Below, piece after piece: positions 24,079 through 36,862 of a DNA stretch of 64,000 nucleotides; within the stretch, counting starts at the first letter, position 1; every line of letters starts with the position of its first letter. The notes below the pieces were generated by a model. It was not told the origin of the DNA. It saw nothing but the letters and a program-made list of their open reading frames with translations, and ran no database searches. The position numbers were made by a program, and so were the translations under genes. This DNA comes from Chara braunii. Its lineage: Eukaryota; Plantae; Charophyceae. The stretch is taken from contig BFEA01000007.1 of NCBI GenBank assembly GCA_003427395.1, positions 2,264,850 through 2,328,849 of the forward strand, given 5' to 3'.

Positions 24079-26236
24079 ATGGACCACAAGCACAATGAGT
24101 CCGACGAAGACTACAAGGCCAGGCTGGCCAACTTGATGCTTGAGATTAAGTGCACAGCAGACACGCCACTTGCCGCTCGAGAGAAGAGAGAAAGGAAAGC
24201 AGAGGAGAAACGTCGCCTTGTGGAATTACCGCAGCAAGCGCACGACAATGCAACACGAAAGGCTGCAGACGAAGCAAGACAAGCGTGCCAACATTATTCG
24301 AGGACGAGGTCGACGTTTTGAGCTTGGCCGCGGACTGGGACGAGTCGTCCAAGGACGAAGATGCCTCCGCAACCGAACACAATTTATCCACAATCATAAA
24401 GTGAATCATGAACTTAGTAGCTACCAGCATGGCCCAGCACGAGGACATCCTCACATTGCACCAGCACGTGCAGAACTTGCTCGGTCGTGTACACACTTTG
24501 GAATAGCGGCCTGTTGCCGCAACAGCCGCTGGCCCCTCCTACATCCCGAACTGCATCAACAAATTAGAGGTGGACATGGGCGCTCTAAAGGACACAGCGC
24601 GGCAGCAACAAGCGACCAACCACAGTTCGAGCAGCAGAGTTGCGCAGCAGCTGCCAGTTCGGCCCCGTCATCTCACGAGCGCATACCCTAATTCAATGGC
24701 ATTCCGATCTTCTGCGATGCACCGAAGACCGAGCCTATTCCATGGTGGTGCCAATTTGACCTGCGTCACTTCTACAAAGTCAGCGACTCAAACCGGCATA
24801 CCTATTTATATCACCGGTCTAGGGGCGTGTATCAAGCTTGGCTTGACAATATGCTCTTCATATACAAGGTCACTGTCTCCGAGCTGCACACAAAAATTGG
24901 GTGATCTCAAAGCAACATGGCACATGCCGTTCCAAGTGGAACCGCCCGAGCTTCAGGCAATGGAGATGTTGCAGAAGTTCCTTCAGAGCACCTTGCCAAG
25001 CACGAACTGCATCACCGAGTACCAACGCTTGGCATCCACGCTAGACTTGTCGATCACCTTTACGGGCATCAAGCACTACATCACGAGGTCGTGCCCGGCA
25101 CTGCAAAATGCATTAACGCAAGCCATGGAGACGCTCACCACAACTGAGCAACTATTTAACCAGGCCTCGCAGATTATCCTGACGAGTACGGAAGCTCGCA
25201 ATGCTGGCCATTCATCCTTTGCAGGCATGGGCAGAGATAAGCATGGGCCAAAAGTGGTCGTGGTCGCCACAACAACACCGAGCGACTCTTCGAACGAGGC
25301 TGCTTCATCTAACGAGGGAGAAAGGTTAGCAGCTGCCCGGGATGGTGTCTGCCCCACCAAAGGGCGAGGACATGGCAAATCGAAGACACACACCTCTTCA
25401 ATCCCTGGGTACGGAACAACAACTCAAGACCCTTGGCTAATGCATTGGTTCTTCTTCGCACTCTCATTTGTCCGGACCAAAAGGATTGGGTTGAGCGGTT
25501 GCCGGACTTTGAGTTGGCTTACAACTCGTCCATTCATCCGGCTATCGGGATGTCGCCTTTTGAGTTCAAGCATGGCTCGCTAGTCACATCACCGTTGGAC
25601 GCGATCATCCTATGGACGACCATGAGCGACGACCACCTTGTTTTCATTCGATGGATGCAAGAGCTCTTTGTCAAGGCATGCGACCAAATGTTGAAGGCGC
25701 AGCAACGCATGAGCCGTCTGGCCAATCGTCAACGTCTTCCTTGTCCATTCCACGCAGGCGACTTCGTTTGGGTCTCCGCCGTGGAATTCAGCCTCGAACA
25801 AGATATATCTCGCAAGCTCCTTCTGAAATGGATGGGGCCTTGGCGCATTGTAGCCCCCACTGGTGATGCACGCGAAGGACCATCATTTGTCATTCAGGTG
25901 CCCGCCCACTAGCCCATCTACCCGATTTTTCATTATTAAAAGATGGCTCTTTTCTTTTCGGCGGAATGTGACGACTTACCCGGGCGACGATCGCAAGACC
26001 CACCCTCCATGGACGGGTTTCAGGAGGTTAGCACCAAGCCGGCGTAGTACTTAGTGCATTTCTCTTATTTAGCCATAAGACTGACCATTTGTTGACCCGC
26101 GCAGAACTTCAAGCTACAGCCCCAGTAAGGCAAGCCAACACCTTCGGCTCGACGCCGTATTCACGTCCACATTCCACCATCAGATCATCAGCTTCGCCCT
26201 CGACCCGGCTTGAGTTCATAAGGAGGTGGGGGGGGG
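24079..26236 (+). mobile_element. Internally deleted Ty3/Gypsy element (gag fused to integrase C-terminus, then PPT)
   Basis: Gag-like frames at 24079-25430, then LLRTLICPDQKDWVERLPDFELAYNSSIH..MSPFE..WMGPW..PIFH; PPT AAGGAGGTGGGGGGGGG. Confidence 0.8.
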
Positions 26237-26926
26237 TGTTACATGCTGAGGCTGCACACGGGGCCCGTTTCGGGGGCCCGACGGTTGCTGAGGGGCCCCA
26301 GGCCGCACACCCCTCAAACACACACCCTGGCGGCCCACAACCCGCTTTCGGGCCGCGTGTTTCGATTTGAGGCAGCATTCATTTATTTATTTATTCCTTT
26401 ATTTGCTGTCCTATTTTTGTTTGTTCAGGCGGCATTTTGGACTTGCAGTTCATTCGAACAAACTTTCGGTTTATTCAAACAAAGGCCACATTTTTGGCCT
26501 AGTACAGACGCAAGCAGGCCCTTCCGGGCCAGGTCCACCTAGATGTCCGATAGGGACCCAGGCAAGCCGTATTGAGTTCAGGACCAGAGGCACACGGAGG
26601 CACACCCGCAAGGTCCAGTGCTGCTTATGGTTGGGCCAGGCCAAGGCAGACAGTCCGAGTAGCTCACTTCTTGGGCGACACGTTGTTGGAGCAGCGCGAC
26701 ACAGCACTGCATTAGAGATAGAGGTGTAGGTAGAGCGAGGGAGGCAGAGGCCATACCTACAGCGACGGCTCTTCACTTACCTAAGCACCATAGCTGGGCT
26801 CTGCGCCAGCAACCTGCACAGGGACACCACGCGGTCAATACATGGCGGCAGCTACCTGCAGGTGAGACAGCGAGGAGGACGACATCTTTTTCTTCTTCAT
26901 CAAACCCTCCTCTTTTCCCTCCTCCT

Positions 26927-26981
<55 letters not shown>

Positions 26982-27297
26982 TACAGACAAAGGTTACATC
27001 GGGCATGAGTCCTAGGATCTGATTCGACATTTTTTTTGCAGACATTGATTGGACATTCGGCAGGGAGACTATTTTTGGACTTCGCTATCGAAATTTTGGT
27101 CTTCTCCCTCACCTCCATCTTCATCTCGCCTCTCCCCCATCTCTTCATCCGTGGTATCTCACCCATGTGCGTGTGCAAGGAGGGACCTTCCTTCCATGTA
27201 TGCGGTCCCTCCTCTCTCACATGTGTGGCATATGATGGGATGTCGTGTCAGTCTCTAATAGGCCAGGTCATATATTTGAGTCTTCCATTGCGCTACA
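26237..27297 (+). mobile_element. Putative 3' LTR (TGTTACA...CTACA)
   Basis: TG follows the PPT directly. The right boundary is tentative. Confidence 0.6.
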
Positions 27298-27459
27298 TTG
27301 TGCTATTTTCATACGTATCTGGATATACATTGCCTGTTGATGCTTTGATGACACTGCATTGTCCATTTGAGTCCTTTTCATCACTTTGTGGATCCTTGGC
27401 TCCCCATACATCGCTCGAATGAGCATGTATCATAGAAGGACGAGAAGTGGAGCTCAAGG

Positions 27460-29126
27460 CCATAAATCTCATGGAGTCCATGCCAGAAGTGAGAAAGTAA
27501 AGCGAGGATCACAATCGAAAACGATGCTCGTGGGAAGACCGTGGATAATGCGGTTGAAGTAGAGCGAGGTGATGTTTTTAGCTGAGCTAGAATACTTGCA
27601 AGGAAGGAAGTGAGCATGCTTCGTCAATCGACAAACAACGACGAAGATGGCCTCATGCCCGCATGGGGTGGGGGAATGAAGAGGATCCATGAAGTCCATC
27701 CAGACAGTGGTCCAACGCTGAGCGGGAATGGGCAAAGGGTTGAAAGACTGTAAGGGGGGTGGTTGGTGATGTTGTTCTCCTGGCAGATTCTATAGGTGCG
27801 AACGAACTCCTTAGTGAAGGCACAGTTGTGCTCCCAGTGGTAGTGGTGATAGAGGCGGTCAAGGGTCTTGAAGATACCAGGATGACCGGCAGCATGTTGA
27901 TCGTTGCACTCGGCCACGACACAAACGTGGAGCTGGCTAGTAGAGGGCACTCATAAGCGAGTACGAGTACCTTTGCGACCTAGCCAATAAAGTCCAAAGG
28001 GATCAAGTTGGAAGTTAGGGACAGGCCTGCCCGCCTGTACGCCGGCGTAGATAGACTGGAACTCAAGACAACGGGCGTACTCGCGGCGGTACTCATCAAA
28101 AAAAGAAAGGCGAATGGTGGATGGTGGAAGTGGAAATAGCGGAGAGTTGACGATGCTCACACTAAAGGTCAGGGCGGCAAAATAAGGCGTTTGCAACACG
28201 ATTGCTCTAAACAAATATCTACTTGATGTGGAAGTTGAACTCGGAGAGGTCACGCCACCAACGAGCCTAGTGGGATATGAGCCAAGGCTTCATCTGAAAG
28301 GCGACAAAAATAGAGTTGTCCGTCAAAACTGTGAAGGTTTGACCGTGCAGATGACGCCACTTCTGTAGAGCGATGACCAGTGCAATAACCTTACACTCAA
28401 CGACAGTATAGTTACGCTCGGCGGGAAGTAGTTGTCGGGAGAGATAAGCAACTGGACACTCCATTGCGAAATGGTTGTACCGCCAGGAGGTGTAGGCTTG
28501 ATGGGGGCGAGTTGAGCTGCGACCAAGGGAGAGGGGGGAAGGAAGCGAGGAATGCGAGGGAGACGAGATTCTATGGAATCGGGGGAAGTAAAAGGGGCTA
28601 GGTATATCTAAGAGAGAACGGCTCCAATAGGAAAATATGAAGCATCCGTGGTGACGATGAATGGATGCGACTACCGTCTTCCCCTGAACATAACACATGC
28701 GTTATAAACAAATACAATGCATACCGTGCGTTGTATTCGTTTACAATGCATATGCGTTATGTTCGAGTGAACGAGACCAACTTTGCCAGCACAAGGGGGG
28801 TGGGTCCAGGCTGAGTAGGCTCAGGTGGGCATCAGAGCCGGCAAAAAGGTAAAAGTAAAGTAGCGACATACCTTTCCATGTTCTGGGTTGAGTTTCATTC
28901 CTTTCCCCTACTTGGGCCCTTGCTCCACTCCTCAACAAATGTGCAAAATGCAAATGAATCTTCCACTAGAACGTGGACAAATAAAACCCCTTTCTTTTTT
29001 GTCTCGGTGACCACGGTAGTGCAATAAGACCTTGGCGAGTGTCTTTCTTATTTTTCCACTTTCTTGGTCGCGCCACATTCTTGACTGTCAGAAGCGCCAC
29101 TTTCTTGGTTGTCAAAACCGCCTTCG

Positions 29127-29195
<69 letters not shown>

Positions 29196-29243
29196 GCGTC
29201 AATGGCAGAGAGGGCAGTTTCTTGCTGACAGCAAAGGACAAGG

Positions 29244-29322
<79 letters not shown>

Positions 29323-29383
29323 ACAACGCGTGTCAATGACCAGGACGGCAGTTTCTTGCATGAAGAAGAGCATAGGGGGCGCA

Positions 29384-29414
<31 letters not shown>

Positions 29415-32400
29415 CACAGGCAGTGATCTGTGATTACGGGCTTGTCCCGTTCACCAAGGCAAGAATGGAGCAGGCATTGACCTTCGAGGGGAAAAAAAAA
29501 AGGGCTATATTCGAATACAACAATTTTCTCTTTGTGAAAATCAAATATAACATGTATGTGTATTATTCAAATAGAACGCATGTGTTATATTCAAAGTGCC
29601 CTTGTATTCGAAGAAAAGGGTCTAACTTTCCAAAAACCAATTTTTTGGAAAACTCGAATACAAAGCATATGCGTTATGTTCGAGGGAAGACGGTAGTCAG
29701 GCAAGTGTAAAACAGGAGCTGAAGTGACAAGCCGCTTAAGAGAGTGGAAAATGTCCTCATGCGCGGGGGTCCAATGAAAGGGAAGACGTCCACGAGTCAG
29801 AGGGGTAAGCTGGGAATAATACTGCACGTAGTTTTTGAGGAAGGGGCAGTAGTAGTTGGTCAAACCTAAGAAACTACGCAGCACCTGGACAGAGGTAGGG
29901 TTAGGCCAATGGACGATGGCCTAAATCTTTGAGTCGTCCATATGGAGTCCATGCTCAGATACTTGATGCCCGAGGAAGTCAGCGTTGGGTTGACCGAAGC
30001 AGCACTTGGAGAGCTTCGCGTAGAAATCGTAAGCACGTAATCGTTGTAGGACAGTGCGAAGATAGGTCAGGTGCTCCTCTATGTTACGACTGTAGATCAA
30101 GATGTCATCTTTGTTGACTCGAATAGAGTCCTCAGAAAAATCTTGGAACATCGTGTTCATAGCCGTCTGGAGTGTAGCAAGGGCATTGCGGAGACAAAAA
30201 GGCGTGATCGTGAACTCGAAGTGTCCAAACCGAGATCGGAAGGCGGTCTTAGATTGGTCCTCCTCGGCTACGCGGATCTGGTGGTATCCGTTGCAAAGGT
30301 CAATCTTCGAGAATATATGATGGTTGGCAAGGCGATCAAATATCTCATCGGCAAGGGGCATAGGGTAGCAGGTTTTGACCGTGTAGTGGTTGAGACTGCG
30401 ATAATCAATGCAAAGACGAAGAGTATCGTCCTTTTTACACGCGAATAGGACGGGAGTGCCCCATGGAGAAGAACTCAGTTTAATGGAGTCCTAGTGAGGC
30501 AACTCCTCTAGTTGGCACCCGAGTTCCTGGCTTTGGGAACCGAAAGGCGGTAGGGGCCTCGATCTTGGATGTGGTAGTTGGGTCAGGCAGGATGTGATGC
30601 TCGATATCACGTATGGGGGGATTACCGTCGTAGGAGAAGGACTAGGGAAAGACATCCCAAAACTTTCGAAGGAGGGCGCCAACACTAGGCTGCAAGGAAG
30701 TGACGAGTATATCAAACTCCTTGGCCGTGGTGGTATCTGGAGTAGAAGTGGGGGGACTCTGTGTAGAGGTAGGAGTCGAGGGGGTAGAAGTGGTAAGGAA
30801 TGCAAGAAAAGGAAAGGAGCTAGCAAGAGCAGGAGGGGAGAAGGTAGTTGGAGATGTCGGAGCGTCGAAGGGTCTAGAAGTGGGGTATCGAGCTCGACCA
30901 GCTCAGCCTCTTGGTGCATGTAGTTACAGGTGAGAAGGTATGTGATGTCGACAACATAGAGTTGGACATTGGGCTGGCAAAGGAAGTGGTGAAATTCGAT
31001 AGGTGTAGAGATGGCAACAGTAGGAGCGGGATGTGTGAGATCCGACTTGCCCAATAGAGGGATCCTTAGCATACAGGACAAGGTCATTGTGGGCCCAATC
31101 GGGGCCAGAATGTGCAACCTGGTGGGAGTATGCGGTACCGAGAACACGATCGTATAAGGTTTCCATGACGTCAAAGGTCCATTGGTCGTGGACCGTGGGG
31201 CCTTGCGACGGCTGTAAGGCATCCGCAATGGGAAGGAGAACAGAAGATCAGGCACCACACAGTCAACGACGGACTTGGCGTGGTTGTCACCAAGGGTGAC
31301 GGTGACGGTGGAAGGGTATGTTGAGGTGTAAAGAGAGGCCTCTTTAACTACGCAAGGATGGATGAAGCCGTCGGTAGAGCCTGAGTCCCCTAGTGCACAA
31401 TACGCCCTGGTAGAGGTCCTGAGGCACACTGTAATAATGGGTACGGTGAGATCAAGGTTGTGGATGCGCTTGGACATCGCAGACAGGGTGCGCTCTTTTA
31501 GGCGGAAACATTCATGGTGGACCTTAATACACTCAAGGTCTAGGAAGTCAATGACATCCTCTGTGGCTACAAGGGAAGCACTGCAGCGGGCCGTGCGAAG
31601 AGCACCCCTGGAAGGATGTGGAGGGGGGACATGAGAGGCGCTAGGAGAGGAAGGAGGAGCTACACCAGCATCTCCCAATGGAGTCGTCCGGGACAGTCGC
31701 AAGCGGCACAAAGGGAGAGTCTCGAGCGAGTATGCCTGCTACCATTGGGGGCTCAGAGGGACGAGACATCGCAGCTAGGTGGGTGGTGTGGCGAGCCTAT
31801 TGTGCGAATCACGCTGAAAAGGCCCGGACGAGGTGGTCGTCCTTGGAGGTGACATCATCATCTGCAGGGGACCGAGGGTCGAGTCCCTGATCCGGGTCAC
31901 TTGAAGAACCATCTCAGACGGTGCCGTCATTAGCGCTCGACAGGTCACGAAGCAAGTTATGAAAGCGACGAAAGAGGGATCGTCCAGAAAATCTATGAGA
32001 GCTGTGTCGATATGTGGAAGGTTGTCAAGGCTGGGAGGTACGAGGGGCTGCAGTAGCAGCGAGAGGGGTTGTGGCGGGCTAAGTAGTGGAACCGACGAGT
32101 GGTGTGTAGGTGAGATGGATAGCCCGAGCGGTGTTGAAGGCCTCCAGTAATGTTTGGAACGAGTACGCCACCATCTGCCACATAAATGATTGAAGTAAGC
32201 CCACGCAAAATCGCTGAATCATGGTGTCCTGTGGTATAGCGAAGACCGGGATCTGGGCTCGTAAGCGGTGAAATGGCATAATGTAAGAGTCTAAGGCATT
32301 ATTGCCACCGAGCCATCTCATCTCGGCTACACGAGTAATCGGGTCGCGGCCGGGCGTAGGGCGAGAGAAATACTGCTGAAGAAAATTGTGAAACTAGGAT

Positions 32401-33700
32401 AAGACATGCCCTCATATACACCACGTTGTGAGCGAAGGGCGAGGAAGTCACGCCAGGTTGTGGCTGCGCGACCTATGAAGCTGGCGAACATCTCAACTAG
32501 CCAAAGTTCCATGGGCACACCACGATAGTGATGCTGCTCCTTGACAGTAGCGATCCAACCTTGGAGCTCCGAGGCCTTGTCGTCAAACTGTGGGAGTCGG
32601 TCCAGTCGAAACTGTGGGACATAAGTCGGAGGCCGATGTGGGGAGGAAGAGGGAAAGTCGACTGGGATAAAAGGACAGAAGAAGTATTGGCACCAGCGGG
32701 AGTACTAGAAAAAGTGGGCAGTGGAGGCAAAGGTCCCTGACCCGACGTGGTGGCCAGTGGTGGGAGCGCGAAGTGCATCATAACAGCTTGTGTCTGATGC
32801 TGGTGGTAAAGAGCGGGGGCAACAAGCTGAGCCAGCTGGTGTGGGCGAAGAGGCTGGCCACTCTGAAGTTGGCGAATGTGGTCCTCGACCACTGCAAGCT
32901 GGTACTAAAGTTCGGCAATCTGGGTCCAACGGGCAGGAGGGAGGGGGGGGAGAAACAAGGAGGTGGAGGAAGAGGAAGCCTGAGGGCTTGTGAGGAGAAG
33001 TGTTGAGGAGATGGAGCAGAATGTCATAGCTCCTGTAGAGGGGAGTGTGCATGTAAGAACCCTAGGCGTGGGACGTAGGTGCAGAGGAAGTATGGGTCTG
33101 AGGAGAGGAGATGCCACCAATGGTGGAGACGAGGGTATAGATGATGCCAACCGAAGAGGGAGTGAAGGATGGTACCGTTGTCGAGGACAAAGCGAAGGTG
33201 CTGGAGTGGGGGATGCCACACTGGAGAGGAGGAGAACACGATCTCCCAACGGATGATGTCTGGGGAGGGGGAGGGGAAGCGGGAGATGAGGGGCGGGTTG
33301 TAGTACTAGGCTCCAATTGTGAGATGCGGTCGTTTAGCATACCAATGTGGGCTGAAAAAATCGTTTGGAGGGCCATGAATCTGACCTCGAATGTGGCCTA
33401 CATGTTCTCAAGTAGGGCGACGACACGGTCCGAGCGAGTGGCTGGGCCCGAGCTGGAAACCATAGGGGTGGAGGTCTCAGCCGCGAATCAGACGTGTTAT
33501 TGCGGGCTAGAAGTGCAAGGCCGTCACTAGCGGTGTGAGAGGGGAGGCTGGATCGGCCATGTGAATGGGGTATGGAGCGAAGAAGACGAAGTTGATGGGG
33601 AGGGAGCACCAGCAGGGTGGGGACTATTGGTAGGCACAGTGGTAGTCTCGTAGCACGCTAGTCGACGGGTGGCACAAGCATTACGAGAGCGGTTTCGGAG
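27460..33700 (-). mobile_element. Decayed Ty3/Gypsy gag-pol, minus strand
   Basis: Protease ALGDSGST (about 31390); RT IFSKIDL.NGYHQIR..KTAFRSRFGHFEF..PF..DDILIYS; LRSFLGLTNYY; PFIVTTDAS; AERNY; integrase GHPG..CQEN and WTTVWMDF. Confidence 0.93.
28674..29693. mobile_element. Tc1/mariner (pogo-like) MITE, 1020 bp, TA TSD, inserted in RNase H
   Basis: TA|CCGTCTTCCC.TGAACATAAC.CAT ... ATGCGTTATGTTCGAGGGAAGACGG|TA. Removing it rejoins LHLPD..PFIVTTDAS. It contains (GA)n tracts. Confidence 0.9.
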
Positions 33701-33982
33701 TTCACATTGTTGGGGGTCACGGGAAGACAGGTAAATATGAAGTCTAAAGAAATTCCTAAATTAAATTAAGAGAATTAAGAACCAAATTCAAGCAGGGAGG
33801 AGGGTAATATTTCCAATATGGGCGAGAACGCAAGAGGAAATTTGGAGGGAAGTGGGTGAGATATAGAGTAAATCACGCAAAAGAGTATCACGAAGTCAAA
33901 ATAAAATTCCAAAATAATATGGGCATAAATTCAAAATTGAGAAGGAAGATAAAAAAAACATTTCAAGAAATTCAGAATTTCA

Positions 33983-34961
33983 CTATGTTACCTGATCGGA
34001 CGTCCAAGACCCCCTGACCGTTCGGGACTGTCTGATCGGACAACCAGTCCACCGTCCGTTGGGGGCCCTACGTCCGATCGAAAAAAAAATAGGGGGGGTT
34101 TAGGACACAAACTTGGGCGGTGCAGGGGTGGACTGTGGGGACAGGCGAACCCGGGGCGCCGACGGGAAGAATTATTGGAGACAAAAAAAACTAATCTGGG
34201 TCGTCAGATCTGCCAGATCGACTGCCCAGATTGGGCTATTTTCAAATTTGGAATGGGGGCAGTGGCGGTCTCCCCTGCGCGTCTCGGCCCGCGCACTGTC
34301 GCCGGAGTTCGGTGTTGCCATTGCCGAACTCCAAGGTCCACGAGCGCAACCCCGCGCGCCATCGCCCGCCCACATCAGGTGAGCCACCTTCCCTTCGTCC
34401 ACCTCCTCCTCCTCCTTCTCCCCCCTCTCGTCCTCCTCCTTCTTCCCCTTCTCCTATCTTCCTCCTTCCGCTTCTCCTCGCCTCGTCCTCCTCCTTTTCA
34501 TCTTCCTCCTCCTCCTCCTCCTCGTTGTCGTCGTCGTCCTCCTCCACCTCCACCTCCTTCTCCTCCTCCTCCTCCTCCTCCTCCTCCTCCTCCTCCTCTT
34601 CTTCTTCTTCCTCTCCTTCGTCGCCGTGGCCTCCTCCTCCATCATCGGGCCCTCCTCTTCTTCCTCATCATCCTCTTTGTCCTCCTCCTCCGCCTCCTCC
34701 TCCTCCTCCTCGTCCTCCTTCTCCTCCTCCACCTCCTCTTCTTCCTCCTCTTCTTCCTCCTCTTCTTCCTCCTCCTCCTCTTTCTCCTCCTCTTCTTCCT
34801 CCTCTTCCTACTAGTTTTCCTCCTCTTCTACTCCCTCCTCCTCTTCTTCTTCTTCATCCTTTCTCTCCCTCCTCCTCCTCCTCCATCGCCGTGGCCTCCT
34901 CCTCCCCGGCTTTTTTTTTTTTTGTCCGCTCTTTCTTAAATCAATCAATCAATCAATCAAT

Positions 34962-34993
<32 letters not shown>

Positions 34994-36862
34994 CGAACAA
35001 AAAAAAAAAACAAGAACAAAAAACGGGGAAGGAGGAGGCCATTAACAAAAACAAAAGACGAGTAGCACGACAAGGATTAGCTGAACGGGGAGGAAGAAGA
35101 AGAATCTGGGGAGGAGGAGGCCGTGGCGATGGAGAAGTACAAGGAGGAAGACAGAGAGGAGGACGACGAAGGAGGAGGAGGAGGCACCGACGATGGAGGA
35201 CAAGGAGAAGGAGAAGGAGGAGGAGGCGGAGGAGGAGGAGGAAGAAGAGGTAGAGAAGGAGGAGGCCACGGCGACGGAGGAGGAGGAGGGAGAGAACTTA
35301 GAGGAGGAAGAAGAAGGATCATCGTCGGAGGAGGATGACGACGAGGAGGCCGAGGAGTGGGAAGAGGAGGAGGAAGAAGAGGAGGAGGAGGAAGAAGAGG
35401 AGAAGGAAGAAGAGGAGGGCCCGACGATGGAGGAGGAGGAGCAGGAGGAGGAGGAGACCACGGCGGCGGAGGAGGACGAAGAAGAAGAGGCAGAAGAGGA
35501 GGAGGAAGAAGGAGAAGAAGAAGAGGACGAGTAGGAGCCTACTAGGAGGAGGCCCCGACGGGGGTGAAGGACAAAGAGGCGGCGGTGGCGGTGGCAGCGG
35601 TGGCAGCAAGAGGGAGGTGGAGGAGGAGAGATGACGAGGATGGGAAGGAGAATGAGGAGTAGGAGGAGGCCCCGACGATGTTGGAGGAGGAGGAGGAGGA
35701 GGAGGAGTGGGAGGGGGCCGAAGTAATTGGTCACCCGATCACTCTGCCGTCCCTCCCTACTCTTTTTTCAATCAATCAATCAATCAATCAATCGATCAAA
35801 GATCCCATCGAATCGATTGATTTGATAGGATCGATAGGATCTTGACAAGTCAAGATCCTATCGAATCAGTCGATTCGATGGGATCTTCGATCAATTGATT
35901 GATTGATTGATTGATCGGATTAAAAAAAAAAAAAAGCGGGGGAGGAGGAGACGTTATCGATTCGGTGACAATGGGGAGGAGAACGACGAGTAGGGGGACA
36001 GGGATTGGTGGGACGAGGAGGAAGAAGAAGAAGCAGGGGAGGAGGAGGCCGTGGCGATGAAGAACGACGACGAGAAAGATGAAGAGGAGGACGAGGAGGA
36101 GGACGACGAAGGAGGAGGAGGCCCCGACGGGGGTGAAGGAGGGAGAAGTGGCGGCAGCGGCGGTGGCAACGGGGGAGGAGGTGGCCCCGACGATGGTGGA
36201 GGAGGAGATGACGATGGGACAGGGATTGNCAACGGGGGAGGAGGTGGCCCCGACGATGGTGGAGGAGGAGATGACGATGGGACAGGGATTGGCAGGGCGA
36301 GGAGGAAGAAGAGGAAGTGGGGGAGGAGGAGGCCATGGCGATGGAGAAGGATGAGGAGAAAGACGAAGAGGAGGATGACGAAGGAGGAGGAGGAGGAGGC
36401 AGGGGAGGAGGACGAGGAGGCCTCGACAGGGGTGGAGGAAGAGGCGGTGGCAGCGGGGGAGGAGGTGGAGGAGGAGAGACGACGACGATGGGGAGTAGAA
36501 TGAGTAGGAGGCCCCGACCATGGTGGCGGAGGAGGAGGAGGAGTGTGAGGGGGCCAAAGTGATTGGCCACCCGATCACTCCGGCGGCCCTCCCCACTCTT
36601 TTTTCAATCAATCAATCAACCCCACCCCCACACACAACCCAAAGCCTGTTTCTAATTTTTTTTCTGTTTTTACTCGGAATGGCCCCAAATTTTTTTGGGG
36701 GGGTCCCCTGGCAGTGTGCAGACCCCCCCCACTTTTTTTACTTTTTTTTTGCTTTCCACGTGGCAAAAAAGCCGTTGTCCAATTTTCCGGACAACTCCCC
36801 CTCGACCGTCTCCCGAAGACGTCCGGGGGAGACGTCTCCCAATCGGACAGCTGGTAACGTAG
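33983..36862. mobile_element. Non-autonomous element (about 2.9 kb) with 8-bp TSD, short TIRs and a (CCT)n/(GGA)n interior
   Basis: TSD GAATTTCA at 33975-33982 and 36863-36870; TIR CTATGTTACC / GGTAACGTAG; AT-rich flanks of the same character on both sides. Confidence 0.78.

Noticed and set aside
34175-36611. Many long Pro/Ser/Glu/Gly-rich ORFs
   Set aside because: They are translations of (CCT)/(GGA) repeats, open in several frames on both strands.
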